Position numbers and translations under genes: made by a program
Assembly: GCA_017854795.1 (NCBI GenBank)
Contig: JAFMHB010000001.1
Span: 80,606-144,605, forward strand
Length of the DNA: 64,000 nucleotides
Direction of reading: 5' to 3'
From: Candidatus Nanopelagicales bacterium
GTDB lineage: Bacteria; Actinomycetota; Actinomycetes; S36-B12
Shown: positions 1 through 11,408 of the stretch, piece by piece
Layout: the number at the start of each line of letters is the position of its first letter
Numbering within the stretch: the first letter of the stretch is position 1
Notes under the pieces: model-generated
Databases searched by the model: none
Seen by the model: only the letters and a program-made list of their open reading frames with translations
What the model was told of the DNA's origin: nothing

Positions 1-999
1 CATGCTGAGGGCGAGGTTGGAGACGTCGTCGTTGGCGGAGTTGCCAACCCACCCGGTGAAAGTGTTTGGGATCAGTCTCGATTCATTGAAGTCGATGACT
101 CATTGCGGAAGTTTCTATTGAATGAACCTCGGGGCGGGGTCTTTCGTCATTACAACCTATTGGTACCGCCAAAAAATCCATTGGCCGATATGGGTTTTAT
201 CATTATGGAGCCAGCTGACACTCCTCCCATGTCAGGTTCAAATTCGATTTGTGTGGCGACAGTCGTGTTGGAAACTGGGATCATCGCGATGAAAGAGCCG
301 GTTACCTCATTGGTGCTTGAAGCACCCGGTGGATTGGTGAAGGTAAGCGCTCAGTGTTCGAAGGGAAAGGTCACTTCTGTCACGCTGGAAAACTTACCAA
401 GTTTCGTTGTACATGATCAGGCCTTGATTGAGGTCGCGGGTTACGGGAATGTTGAAGTCACCACTGCCTTTGGCGGAGACAGTTTTGTTATGACCCAAGC
501 GAGCAAACTGGGATTTGAATTAGTTCCCAGCGAGGCAGCCGAGTTGGCTCGACTCGGCATGCTGTTGCGCACGGCGGCAAATGAACAACTGGAATTTGTA
601 CACCCACACCTTCCTGATTGGAAACACCATTCATTTGCCTACCTCACGGGTGAGTTGGGTCGTACTGATTCTGGCGAGCTCACCTCAACGAATGTTTGCG
701 TGATTAATCCGGGGAAACTTGACCGCTCTCCAACGGGAACGGGTGTGAGCGCTCTCATGGCCGTAATGCATGCGCGGGGATTAATGTCTGTAGGCGAATC
801 ATTTGTTGGCCGCAGCATTATCGGATCTGCATTTCGTGGTCACATACTTTCCGAGACGGTCGTGGGTGATCATGCTGCGATCATTCCAACAATTAGCGGC
901 CAGGGATACATCTACGGAACCAGTCAGTTTTATGTTGATCCCAGTGATCCATGGCCCCTGGGTTACCGTGTTGGTGACACATGGCCGAACGCAAACTAA
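1..999 (+). CDS. Proline racemase superfamily protein, 5' end cut by the window edge. Its catalytic pair looks like Ser/Thr, so it is probably not a true racemase.
   Basis: Frame 1 is open from nt 1 (HAEGEVGDVVVGGV...) and runs into ORF 103..999. Family motifs are EPRGG, PPMSGSNS and DRSPTGTGVSA. Stop TAA at 997-999. Confidence 0.8.
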   Translation, partial: HAEGEVGDVVVGGVANPPGESVWDQSRFIEVDDSLRKFLLNEPRGGVFRHYNLLVPPKNPLADMGFIIMEPADTPPMSGSNSICVATVVLETGIIAMKEPVTSLVLEAPGGLVKVSAQCSKGKVTSVTLENLPSFVVHDQALIEVAGYGNVEVTTAFGGDSFVMTQASKLGFELVPSEAAELARLGMLLRTAANEQLEFVHPHLPDWKHHSFAYLTGELGRTDSGELTSTNVCVINPGKLDRSPTGTGVSALMAVMHARGLMSVGESFVGRSIIGSAFRGHILSETVVGDHAAIIPTISGQGYIYGTSQFYVDPSDPWPLGYRVGDTWPNAN

Positions 1000-1081
1000 A
1001 CATTTACATTCCTCTTACTTTGTGGCAAAGACTCCCGTATTTATTTCTGTTGCAATTGAAGTAACAGAAAAGGAGTCAATC

Positions 1082-1615
1082 ATGAGAAACATGATGAGTG
1101 GGTCAAAGAAATTTATGGCAGCTGCTGGAGCGGCGCTAATTATCGGATCTGTACTTGGTGGAATTTCAACTTCAGCGCAGGCAGCAACAAAGCCGGATGC
1201 CGCAGCCTTGCAGTACATGGTCGCCGAAGAAAAATTGGCACATGACGTGTATGTAACACTCGGTGAGGAATATGGAGTTCGAGTTTTTTCCAATATTGCT
1301 CGAAGTGAAACACAACACCAGAGTTCAGTAGCAAAATTACTGGATCTCTACGGAATCAAGAATCCAACGCTCAATGACAAAGTTGGAGTTTTTGACGACC
1401 CGAAGTTACAGAACCTCTATGACGACTTAATCGCAAAGGGAATGTTGTCCCTGCAGGACGCCCTTGAAGTGGGGGTATTGGTTGAGAAGACAGACATTGC
1501 CGACCTTAAGGAAATCCTGGCGGGGAACGAGCCTGCTGAAGTTGATCGCGTTTTGACTCAACTCCTCAAGGCTTCTTACAACCACTTGGCTGCATTTGAA
1601 CGTCAGCTTAAGTAA
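1082..1615 (+). CDS. Secreted ferritin-like protein (DUF2202-type)
   Basis: ATG 1082 is preceded by AAAGGAG. Signal peptide KKFMAAAGAALIIGSVLGGISTSAQA. Ferritin-like helices LQYMVAEEKLAHDVY and ARSETQHQ. The annotated ORF start at 803 overlaps the upstream gene and is rejected. Confidence 0.6.
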   Translation: MRNMMSGSKKFMAAAGAALIIGSVLGGISTSAQAATKPDAAALQYMVAEEKLAHDVYVTLGEEYGVRVFSNIARSETQHQSSVAKLLDLYGIKNPTLNDKVGVFDDPKLQNLYDDLIAKGMLSLQDALEVGVLVEKTDIADLKEILAGNEPAEVDRVLTQLLKASYNHLAAFERQLK

Positions 1616-1631
1616 ACGAAATTTCACATAG

Positions 1632-1667
1632 TGAGCCCTTGATCGCCCTCGGGTGATTGAGGGCTCA
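1632..1667 (+). terminator. Possible hairpin terminator after the ferritin-like gene
   Basis: TGAGCCCT (1632-1639) pairs with AGGGCTCA (1660-1667), with further inner pairing. No clear T-run follows, so the call is weak. Confidence 0.3.
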
Positions 1668-1733
1668 ACTATTCAGTAGAGTAGGGCCGCACTAATTGGT
1701 GCACAATCATTTATCTCTTACAAGGAGACATGC

Positions 1734-3230
1734 GTGAGCACTGCGCCTCCCTCACAATTCGATCAGTCTGCCAACAATTCTGGGGTTTCCGCTCCTGACC
1801 CCAACCGTTGGCGCGCACTAGTTGTGATCGCGATCGCCCAGTTAATGGTTGTCCTCGACGCTTCAATTGTGAATATTGCACTTCCCAGCATGCAGGCCGA
1901 TCTTGGGATCAGTGACGCGGACCGTCAATGGGTGGTCACCGCCTACACACTTGCATTTGGGGGACTCCTTCTCCTAGGAGGGCGGATCGCTGACTTCCAA
2001 GGACGCAAGCGAATGTTCATCGTCGGGCTGATTGGTTTTGCAGCAGCTTCGGCTCTGGGTGGCGTTTCTGTTAATGCGGAAATGCTCTTTGCCGCCCGTG
2101 GATTGCAAGGCGTCTTTGCGGCTCTACTTGCCCCAGCGGCCCTGAGTTTGATCTCGGTTACGTTTACCGAGTCTAAGGAACGGGCAAAAGCCTTTGGTGT
2201 TTATGGCGCACTTTCTGGTGCTGGCGCAGCAATTGGGCTGGTACTAGGTGGAATTCTGACCGAATATGCCTCATGGCACTGGACGCTCCTGGTCAACGTG
2301 CCCATTGCACTGATCGCAGTCTTCCTTGGTCTCGCGTATGTTAAAGAAAGTCGGGCAACGGGGGATACAAAATATGACATCCCGGGCGCAATTACGGCGA
2401 CCCTTGGACTCGTTTCGTTGGTGTACGGAATCACCAAGGCCGAGTCAGAAGGTTGGACGGGTGGAAGCACCCTGTTCTTCATCGGCGCATCTATCGTGTT
2501 GTTGGTTGTCTTCTTCTTTATTGAGAGTCGGTCCAGTCACCCATTGCTGCCGCTGGCAATTATTAAGAATCGTAATCGCGGCGGTGCCTATCTCGCTAGT
2601 TTCTTTGTGGGTATAGGGCTTTTTGCCATGTTCCTTTTCTTGACCTACTTCTTCCAAATCGTGTTGGGTTACACGCCACTCAAAGCTGGCCTGCTATTCC
2701 TTCCCTTCTCGGCCGGTGTGATCGTCAGCGCGGGTATTGCAAGTCAATTGCTCCCGCGTTTCGGCCCGCGCTATGTGACTTTCAGTGGGTTCATTTTGGC
2801 AACTGTTGGAATGCTGTTGCTGACCCAATTGGGCGCCGCAAGTTCCTACTGGCCGAACATCTTGCCAGCACTGATCATTATTAGCCTCGGCATGGGCTTG
2901 ATCTTCGTACCACTTTCGGCAACGGCGCTATTCGCAGTGGGGAATCATGATGCAGGTGTTGCATCAGCCGTACTGAACACCAGTCAGCAAATCGGTGGCT
3001 CAATTGGTATCGCATTTTTGAACACGATCGCTACGAGCGCTACGGCCGCGTACGTGATTGCAAACAACGTCGATCCATTTGACGCGAATGCGCAAGTTGA
3101 AGGCTACGTTGATGCATTCATGTGGGGCGCAGGCATCTTGGCGCTGGCCGGAATCATCTGGGTGGTTTTGGTTAAAGTGTCCAAGAAGGACATGGCCGCA
3201 GGGGATGAGGCGGCAGTCGTCCATGTCTAG
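1734..3230 (+). CDS. MFS transporter, DHA2 (EmrB/QacA-like, 14-TMS) drug:H+ antiporter family
   Basis: 498 aa, many TM segments. N-terminal motifs LDASIVNIALPSM and GGRIADFQGRKRMF are typical of the DHA2 family. Confidence 0.85.
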   Translation: MSTAPPSQFDQSANNSGVSAPDPNRWRALVVIAIAQLMVVLDASIVNIALPSMQADLGISDADRQWVVTAYTLAFGGLLLLGGRIADFQGRKRMFIVGLIGFAAASALGGVSVNAEMLFAARGLQGVFAALLAPAALSLISVTFTESKERAKAFGVYGALSGAGAAIGLVLGGILTEYASWHWTLLVNVPIALIAVFLGLAYVKESRATGDTKYDIPGAITATLGLVSLVYGITKAESEGWTGGSTLFFIGASIVLLVVFFFIESRSSHPLLPLAIIKNRNRGGAYLASFFVGIGLFAMFLFLTYFFQIVLGYTPLKAGLLFLPFSAGVIVSAGIASQLLPRFGPRYVTFSGFILATVGMLLLTQLGAASSYWPNILPALIIISLGMGLIFVPLSATALFAVGNHDAGVASAVLNTSQQIGGSIGIAFLNTIATSATAAYVIANNVDPFDANAQVEGYVDAFMWGAGILALAGIIWVVLVKVSKKDMAAGDEAAVVHV

Positions 3231-3299
3231 CAGCACAGGTAGTCAAGTTTTTTCTGACTAATCGTGTAAACCAAGGAGTAGATACGGTACGTTTCGGAT

Positions 3300-3833
3300 A
3301 TGTCCCACAGGTCGCGCCTAACCCTGATTGGGTCAGTGTTGCTTGTTTTGGGAATTATCGCGCACTCGACGGCTGCCGGCTCAATTTCAATCATGGGTTT
3401 TGGAATCGCAGTTTTACTGGGATTTGGATGTGCTATTCCCATTTCGCGCGGTGCACTTAAACGAGTTCCACTCGTAGTGTCGATTTTTGGAACCGAGTTA
3501 CTTATCCACATGGCCTTGTCGGTGACCCCACATTCCGTTGGGCATTCGAGTGCAGGTGGTTTCATGCCTTCGGCCGCAATGCTGTTCTGGCATGGTCTCG
3601 CAGCGGTCATTGCAATGAGCGCGATTGTGTTCTTGGACTCGCTCTATGCGGCATGGGCTCGAATGGTCGCCGCGATCATTGGCGGGATTTACATCACGGT
3701 CATCCCGGAGCTTGGCATTGACAGCGTGTCTACGGGGAGTGACTCTGAATTCACGCAGGAATACTTAGTAAGAACAGATGTCTCGCGGGGGCCGCCTTTG
3801 TGCTCCCGCACTGTATACGCACTTTGTGCGTAA
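3300..3833 (+). CDS. Hypothetical polytopic membrane protein with a His-rich loop
   Basis: 177 aa with 4-5 hydrophobic helices and the loop HMALSVTPHSVGHSSAGG. No family recognised. It lies directly upstream of the PCuAC/DyP pair. Confidence 0.5.
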   Translation: MSHRSRLTLIGSVLLVLGIIAHSTAAGSISIMGFGIAVLLGFGCAIPISRGALKRVPLVVSIFGTELLIHMALSVTPHSVGHSSAGGFMPSAAMLFWHGLAAVIAMSAIVFLDSLYAAWARMVAAIIGGIYITVIPELGIDSVSTGSDSEFTQEYLVRTDVSRGPPLCSRTVYALCA

Positions 3834-3877
3834 GACCCTTCTGTTCAATACTTATTCAAACTTATTTGAGGATTCTT

Positions 3878-4504
3878 GTGAAAAAAATCGTATCAATATT
3901 GTCAATTTCAGCTGTACTCCTTGTTGGTTCTAGCGGACTTGGGGCAGCAAATGCTGTTTCAGCGCCAAAGCCAGGTTCAACCTGTGCCATTAATCCAGCT
4001 ATGACCGGTGGCTCAGTAATTGTGAAAGACAAATCCTACGTCTGTCTACCCACCGCTCGTTGGTCAAAAGCCCTTCCTAAAAGTTCATCACCATTGAAGA
4101 CCAAAGACATGTGGGTGAAGATCGCGGACAGTGGGATGACTGCCGCATTTGGCATGATTACGAATCCGACTAAGAAAGACATTCGGATAATTGCGGCTCG
4201 ATCAAACGCGTTTTCAACACTTGATCAGTTGCACCAGATGACGATGAACGCCGAGGGCACGATGGTCATGCAACAACTTGCGACCGGCTTATTGATCCCT
4301 GCAGGAAAAACGGTTGAGCTCAAGCCGGGTGGGGATCACATAATGTTCATGAACTTGAAAAAGCCAATAACCGCCGGAACCATGGTGCCAATTATGTTGA
4401 TTGGTTCAAACGCCGAGCAACTTCGCTTTAGGGCATTAGGCAAGGTCTTCGCTGGTGCCAATGAGTCGTATGACCCAGCACATTCCGGCATGTCAGGGAT
4501 GTAA
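3878..4504 (+). CDS. Secreted PCu(A)C-type copper chaperone (DUF461/ECuC-like) with an N-terminal extension
   Basis: GTG 3878 gives a Sec signal (VKKIVSILSISAVLLVGSSGLGAANA). The C-terminal half carries the H-x-X10-M-X21/22-H-x-M copper motif (LHQMTMNAEGTMVMQQ...GGDHIMFM). Confidence 0.7.
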   Translation: MKKIVSILSISAVLLVGSSGLGAANAVSAPKPGSTCAINPAMTGGSVIVKDKSYVCLPTARWSKALPKSSSPLKTKDMWVKIADSGMTAAFGMITNPTKKDIRIIAARSNAFSTLDQLHQMTMNAEGTMVMQQLATGLLIPAGKTVELKPGGDHIMFMNLKKPITAGTMVPIMLIGSNAEQLRFRALGKVFAGANESYDPAHSGMSGM

Positions 4505-4508
4505 ATCA

Positions 4509-5708
4509 ATGGCCACCAACGGGATTACCCGTCGAGGCCTCTTCGCATTCACCGGTGCCGCAATCGTTGGCGGCGCCGGTGGATACGCACTCGGCGGTAT
4601 TAGTGCGAATGAGAGCCCATTAATTGCTCAACCTGTGACTAAGGAGTCCAGTTCGACCGCGAAGATTAAGACGCCTTTTTATGGTGTGCACCAAGCAGGT
4701 GTAGAAACGACTGCCCAGGTGTACACAAAATTCCTTGGGCTCAACGTAAACGATCCCAGCAGGGATGCTCTAGAAGCCATTGGGCGGATTCTCACGGATG
4801 ACGCTGCTCGTCTAACGCAAGGCGAAGGTGCACTGGGTGATACTGAGCCCGAGATTGCCGCAAACCCGGCTCGATTGAGTATCACATTGGGATTGGGTCG
4901 ATCATTCATCAAGGAACTTGGTATTGACATTCCTACTTCTTTCCCCGAGATACCAGCGTTTAAGACGGATGCATTGGATGCTCAGTGGGGGCAGAGTGAT
5001 CTTGTAGTCCAGATTGGCTCTGATGATCCGCTGACCCTTTCCCACGCGCATCGGATGATTACGAAAGACTTGTCTACGTTAACCACGACCGCATGGGTGC
5101 AGTCGGGCTTTTTGTCACCCACACCCGCTACGGCAGGTGGTACGGCAAGTCGAAATCAAATGGGTCAGGTCGATGGAACGATTAACCCGACCCTTGATCA
5201 ATATGCTCAAGCCGTTTGGATTGATGACGGTTCTTGGGCTGACGGTGGAACCGTTTTGGTGCTGCGAAGGATCCGCATGTTGATGGACGACTGGGATGTA
5301 TTGGATCGCAGTGCCAAAGAGATAGTTGTCGGGCGTTCAATAGAAACAGGTGCTCCGCTGACGGGGGTTGACCAAAGTGACCCCGTTGACTTTGATGCTC
5401 TTGGCTCGGACGGTCTGCCGGTTATTTCACGAAATGCGCATATCCGGGTGGCGCACGCAGCATCAATCGAAGAGATGATTTTACGCCGTCCCTACAACTA
5501 CAACGTTGAGCTGGCCGACGGTTCCATTGACGTGGGGTTACTTTTTGCGGCGTATACAAAGAATCCCACTAAGTCATTTATTCCTATGCAGGATCGAATC
5601 GCGCAATCAGATGCGATGAATAGGTGGGTCACCACGATTGGTTCGGCCGCCTATTTAATTTTGCCGGGTGTATCAGAAGGCGAATTCCTTGGTGAGGTGT
5701 TGATCTAA
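4509..5708 (+). CDS. Tat-exported Dyp-type (EfeB/DtpA-like) heme peroxidase
   Basis: ATG 4509 gives the twin-arginine signal MATNGITRRGLFAFTGAAIVGGAG. DyP-family core with motifs FYGVHQAGV, LVLRRIRM and AHIRVAH; 400 aa. Confidence 0.85.
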   Translation: MATNGITRRGLFAFTGAAIVGGAGGYALGGISANESPLIAQPVTKESSSTAKIKTPFYGVHQAGVETTAQVYTKFLGLNVNDPSRDALEAIGRILTDDAARLTQGEGALGDTEPEIAANPARLSITLGLGRSFIKELGIDIPTSFPEIPAFKTDALDAQWGQSDLVVQIGSDDPLTLSHAHRMITKDLSTLTTTAWVQSGFLSPTPATAGGTASRNQMGQVDGTINPTLDQYAQAVWIDDGSWADGGTVLVLRRIRMLMDDWDVLDRSAKEIVVGRSIETGAPLTGVDQSDPVDFDALGSDGLPVISRNAHIRVAHAASIEEMILRRPYNYNVELADGSIDVGLLFAAYTKNPTKSFIPMQDRIAQSDAMNRWVTTIGSAAYLILPGVSEGEFLGEVLI

Positions 5709-5784
5709 AGCAAGACGTTGCACCAGGTTGCACTAACCTTTGCCGGTTGCCCTTATTAATTAGGCCGGTAAAACAGGAAAGAAG

Positions 5785-6630
5785 GTGCGCGTGGCAGCGC
5801 TGCTCGCACTTATCTCTAGTTTGTCGTGGGGCGTAGCCGACTTTCTGGGTGGACTTGCCGCTCGGCGTGCCGGTGCTACTCAAGTACTCGCTGTCTCTTA
5901 CCCTTCCGGCGCCATCGCAATCACTTTCCTGGCGATCTTTGTTGTTCCCGGAACATTAAGTAGCGACCTCATTGGTATCTCGCTACTCGCAGGTTTAGTT
6001 GGCACGATTGCGATTACGTTGCTCTATGCAGCCTTGGTCCGTGGCCAAATGGGAGTTGTCTCGCCCATAACGGCCGTGATGAGCGGCGCCGTTCCTGTTG
6101 TGGTCGGACTGTTTCGAGGAGAGCAGCCATCAGCGTATGCCTTCGCAGGTATGGGACTGGCCGTAATTGCAGTCGTACTGGTGAGTCGCGAGTCGGCGCA
6201 CCATCATGGAAGAACACCGATTTTTGCAATCGGCTTGGCGATCGCATCTGGGATTGCTATCGGTTTTTACCTCACCATTATTGGACTGGCGCCTGTTGAT
6301 TCAGGTGTGTGGGTTGCAACCCTGGGACGCTGGTTCTCGACGATCATCATGATCACGTTCGTCGTAGTGGTCGTTCGGTCGTTCAATAAGTCAACTTTTC
6401 CCTGGAAACTTGCGATAATCACCGGAGTTCTCGACTCGACTGCAAACGGCCTCTTCCAATTGGCGAGCCAACGTGGACTTCTGTCCATTGTCGCTGTACT
6501 TGGTTCGCTGTACCCAGCGGCAACGGTTGTCCTTGCTCGAGTGGTGATCAAGGAGCGCATGAATCGATTGCAAAGTGTGGGTGTATTAATGGCCCTAGGT
6601 GCTGCCGTCTTGCTCGCGTTTAATTCCTAG
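5785..6630 (+). CDS. EamA/DMT-superfamily transporter
   Basis: 281 aa with about 10 TM helices in two repeated halves. The N-terminus LISSLSWGVADFLGG is typical of EamA. Confidence 0.8.
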   Translation: MRVAALLALISSLSWGVADFLGGLAARRAGATQVLAVSYPSGAIAITFLAIFVVPGTLSSDLIGISLLAGLVGTIAITLLYAALVRGQMGVVSPITAVMSGAVPVVVGLFRGEQPSAYAFAGMGLAVIAVVLVSRESAHHHGRTPIFAIGLAIASGIAIGFYLTIIGLAPVDSGVWVATLGRWFSTIIMITFVVVVVRSFNKSTFPWKLAIITGVLDSTANGLFQLASQRGLLSIVAVLGSLYPAATVVLARVVIKERMNRLQSVGVLMALGAAVLLAFNS

Positions 6631-6639
6631 TTGACGTAA

Positions 6640-6867
6640 TTAAAGTGACTTCATCGCTTTTCGAATATAAATGAAGAAGACAATATTGGCAGTTGCTAGT
6701 GCAATGAAAACCGCGGACATGAGCCCCCAACCTTGGGCTGATCCGATAATGAATGCGGCCCCGGCAAAAAATACTGCAGCAAAAATTTGCAGGGTTGCGG
6801 AGAAGCGAAGTTTGCGTAATTCCCGAACCTTGAAGTCGGTGTGAGGTTTTTCATCTTCCGGATTCAT
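6640..6867 (-). CDS. Small two-helix membrane protein, hypothetical
   Basis: 75 aa with two hydrophobic helices. It lies 9 nt downstream of oxyR on the same strand. The RBS is weak. Confidence 0.4.
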   Translation of the reverse strand: MNPEDEKPHTDFKVRELRKLRFSATLQIFAAVFFAGAAFIIGSAQGWGLMSAVFIALATANIVFFIYIRKAMKSL

Positions 6868-6876
6868 ACGGAGATC

Positions 6877-7800
6877 TTACTCAGTGTGCGGAGCCAAGAT
6901 TGGCATGAGCAATTGTTTGATAATTGCTGAGAGTTCAAATAGTCGATCCTTCTGGACTGCATTTTTACTCCAAGCCAAGCCGATTGTGCGAAATGGTTGA
7001 GGATCCGCGATGCTCGCTATCGCAATACCTGTACCGATTCGGGCTTCGAGTTCAACAGCGCACTCGGGGAGAAGAGTTACTCCGTTGCCGGCGGCCACCA
7101 TTTGACACACCGTGGCAAGCCCAGCTGCGCCTACATCATAGGTATTCGAAATCTTGGCGTTTGCGCAAATCTCTTCGGCTTGACCGCGGAGGCAGTGACC
7201 ATCTTCAATTAAAAGCACAGGGAATTCGTTAACGTCACCGAGGTCGATTCCGGTTGACCCAGCCCAAGGGTGGTCGATAGGAACTGCGAGGTGAAATGTG
7301 TCGGTGAAGAGTTCCAAAGTTTCAATGTCAGAGGGTGCGATGGGAAGCGCGAGAAGGGCTATGTCAATTGAGTGGTCACGCAATGAATTAAGAAGGACGT
7401 CCGTGCGTTGTTCTGAAAGTTGAAGGGAGATTGTGCTGCCAAGGCCGGCAACTATTTTGGGCAACAAATATGGGGCAAGCGTTGGGATAGCACCCAACCG
7501 CAGGACCGAGTCAACTCCGTGTGGTGCTGATGCTGTGGTGAAATCAGCGAGGGCTTCAAGTGCGCGTCGGGCGAATGGGATTAGGGATGCCCCGACCGAG
7601 GTGAGTTCGACACCTCGGGATCCTCGCTGAAGTAGGGGGAAACCAAGCGCAGCTTCCAAATCCCGTATTTGGACGCTGACCGCGGGTTGGCTGATGCCAA
7701 GCGCATTGGCGGCGGCACCAAAACTGCCCTCCTGGGTTACTGCAACGAAGGCTCGAAGTTGGGGGTAGGTCGGGTGCCATTTTCGGCGATCAAAGTCCAT
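6877..7800 (-). CDS. oxyR: LysR-family peroxide-sensing regulator OxyR
   Basis: N-terminal LysR HTH (LRAFVAVTQEGSFGAAANALGISQPAVS). Redox-Cys pair in the OxyR context IEDGHCLRGQAEEICANA. Divergent from katG. Confidence 0.85.
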   Translation of the reverse strand: MDFDRRKWHPTYPQLRAFVAVTQEGSFGAAANALGISQPAVSVQIRDLEAALGFPLLQRGSRGVELTSVGASLIPFARRALEALADFTTASAPHGVDSVLRLGAIPTLAPYLLPKIVAGLGSTISLQLSEQRTDVLLNSLRDHSIDIALLALPIAPSDIETLELFTDTFHLAVPIDHPWAGSTGIDLGDVNEFPVLLIEDGHCLRGQAEEICANAKISNTYDVGAAGLATVCQMVAAGNGVTLLPECAVELEARIGTGIAIASIADPQPFRTIGLAWSKNAVQKDRLFELSAIIKQLLMPILAPHTE

Positions 7801-10094
<2,294 letters not shown>

Positions 10095-10122
10095 ATAGTT
10101 CACGCCATCAAGTTGATGGGTT

Positions 10123-10164
10123 AATGGTCGCCGTGGGTGAAATACTCACGGCGACCATTTTTTT
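10123..10164 (+). terminator. Rho-independent terminator of katG
   Basis: Perfect 13-bp stem AATGGTCGCCGTG (10123-10135) / CACGGCGACCATT (10147-10159), an 11-nt loop, then a T7 run ending at 10164. Confidence 0.75.
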
Positions 10165-10183
10165 GTTGGCACGTATTTACCGG

Positions 10184-10909
10184 TTAAGCATCCAGTTCTG
10201 GTTCTTCATCGGTTTCGATTACCGTCTTTGCTCCGGCAAGAACACCGACTGCTTTTAGGCCATAGGCCACAAAGGGGCCGACGAGCACTGCAAAGAGAAC
10301 TGTTCCAATTCCCACTGTTCCACCAAGGAACCAGCCAACGGTTAAGGCGCCAATTTCAATACCCAAACGCACCCGGGCAACAGGCCATCCAGTGCGAAAG
10401 TGAATTCCGGTCATCATGCCGTCACGGGGCCCCGGGCCCAAGTTCGTGGTCAGGTACAACCCGCTACCAATTCCCACACATGCGATCCCCGCGATCACAA
10501 CGAGGAATTTCACAACTGTGTTTGTCGGATGCGGCAGGATCGTGCTCATCACTTGAAGTGCCGTTGCAATCACGATCGCATTGGCAATAGTGCCAAGACC
10601 TGGGCGTTCCTTCAACGGAATCCAGGCGAGGAGTACAACAACGCTAATAATGAATGTGGTTGCCCCAATACTCAGCCCGGTCCTGACATTGAGGCCTTGA
10701 GCGAAGACGGTCCAGGGGCCAACTCCAAGATCTGAAATGATCAGCAGTGCCTCGCCCGTACCGAAAATCCACAACCCAATAATCAGAATCGCTAGGGTGC
10801 TGGGCTTGGAACTCCAGCGTGATTCTGAGCGCCACCGGGTAACCGGAACACTTCGCGATGGGGTGAGGAATCCTGGTAAAAATGGCATTTTTTGCTCGTG
10901 AACTCCCAA
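10184..10909 (-). CDS. YczE/YitT-like integral membrane protein
   Basis: 241 aa, 5-6 TM helices. The motif DLGVGPWTVFAQGL is typical of the YczE/YitT family. The start codon is uncertain; MPFLPG at 10888 is also possible. Confidence 0.55.
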   Translation of the reverse strand: MGVHEQKMPFLPGFLTPSRSVPVTRWRSESRWSSKPSTLAILIIGLWIFGTGEALLIISDLGVGPWTVFAQGLNVRTGLSIGATTFIISVVVLLAWIPLKERPGLGTIANAIVIATALQVMSTILPHPTNTVVKFLVVIAGIACVGIGSGLYLTTNLGPGPRDGMMTGIHFRTGWPVARVRLGIEIGALTVGWFLGGTVGIGTVLFAVLVGPFVAYGLKAVGVLAGAKTVIETDEEPELDA

Positions 10910-10928
10910 ATTGGGTTAGGTTGTTACG

Positions 10929-11408
10929 GTGTTGTTATCAAAATCAGGTCCGACCGCACGGGGACTAATTGTGCTGGCGCTAGTAGGAACTCTAGTGACC
11001 GCATGTGGTGGGGGCGGTGACACAGCAGATACTTCACCTGATGCACCAAATACCGTCGAAGTCATAGGGACTCAACAACTCATGATCGACCAAGAGATCA
11101 CGGTTCTTGATCAAAAGTTGGTGTATCCCAAAAAGGGTGTTGCGCAAGTGTCCAGTGCAATCACGACACTAGAACCCGGTCAGGAAACCGGTTGGCAGTT
11201 GCACCCGGTCCCCACATTTGTTTATGTTCTCAGCGGCACTTACACCGTCGAGTATGAAGCCGGTGTCACCAAGGAATTTCCAGCTGGTAGTTCAACAATG
11301 CAGGCCGTGAAGACCAATTACAACGGGATCAATAAGGGTGAAGATACCGTTCAACTGCTCACCGTGTTCATGGGAGCGAAGGGAAAAAGAAATACCGTGA
11401 TGCGTTAA
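10929..11408 (+). CDS. Cupin-domain lipoprotein
   Basis: Lipobox LVTACGGGG. C-terminal cupin-like beta-barrel signature (GWQLHPVPTFVYVLSGTYTVEYE...). Confidence 0.55.
   Translation: MLLSKSGPTARGLIVLALVGTLVTACGGGGDTADTSPDAPNTVEVIGTQQLMIDQEITVLDQKLVYPKKGVAQVSSAITTLEPGQETGWQLHPVPTFVYVLSGTYTVEYEAGVTKEFPAGSSTMQAVKTNYNGINKGEDTVQLLTVFMGAKGKRNTVMR

Noticed and set aside
803-1081. 5' extensions of track ORFs: 803-1081, 3800-3877, 4455-4508, 11811-11978, 12350-12400, 13654-13740, 15969-16088, 17455-17493, 24676-24771, 33046-33183, 49845-49883, 59094-59108.
   Set aside because: The extensions overlap the preceding gene or lack an RBS. Internal starts with SD sequences, signal peptides or family-typical N-termini give the expected protein lengths.
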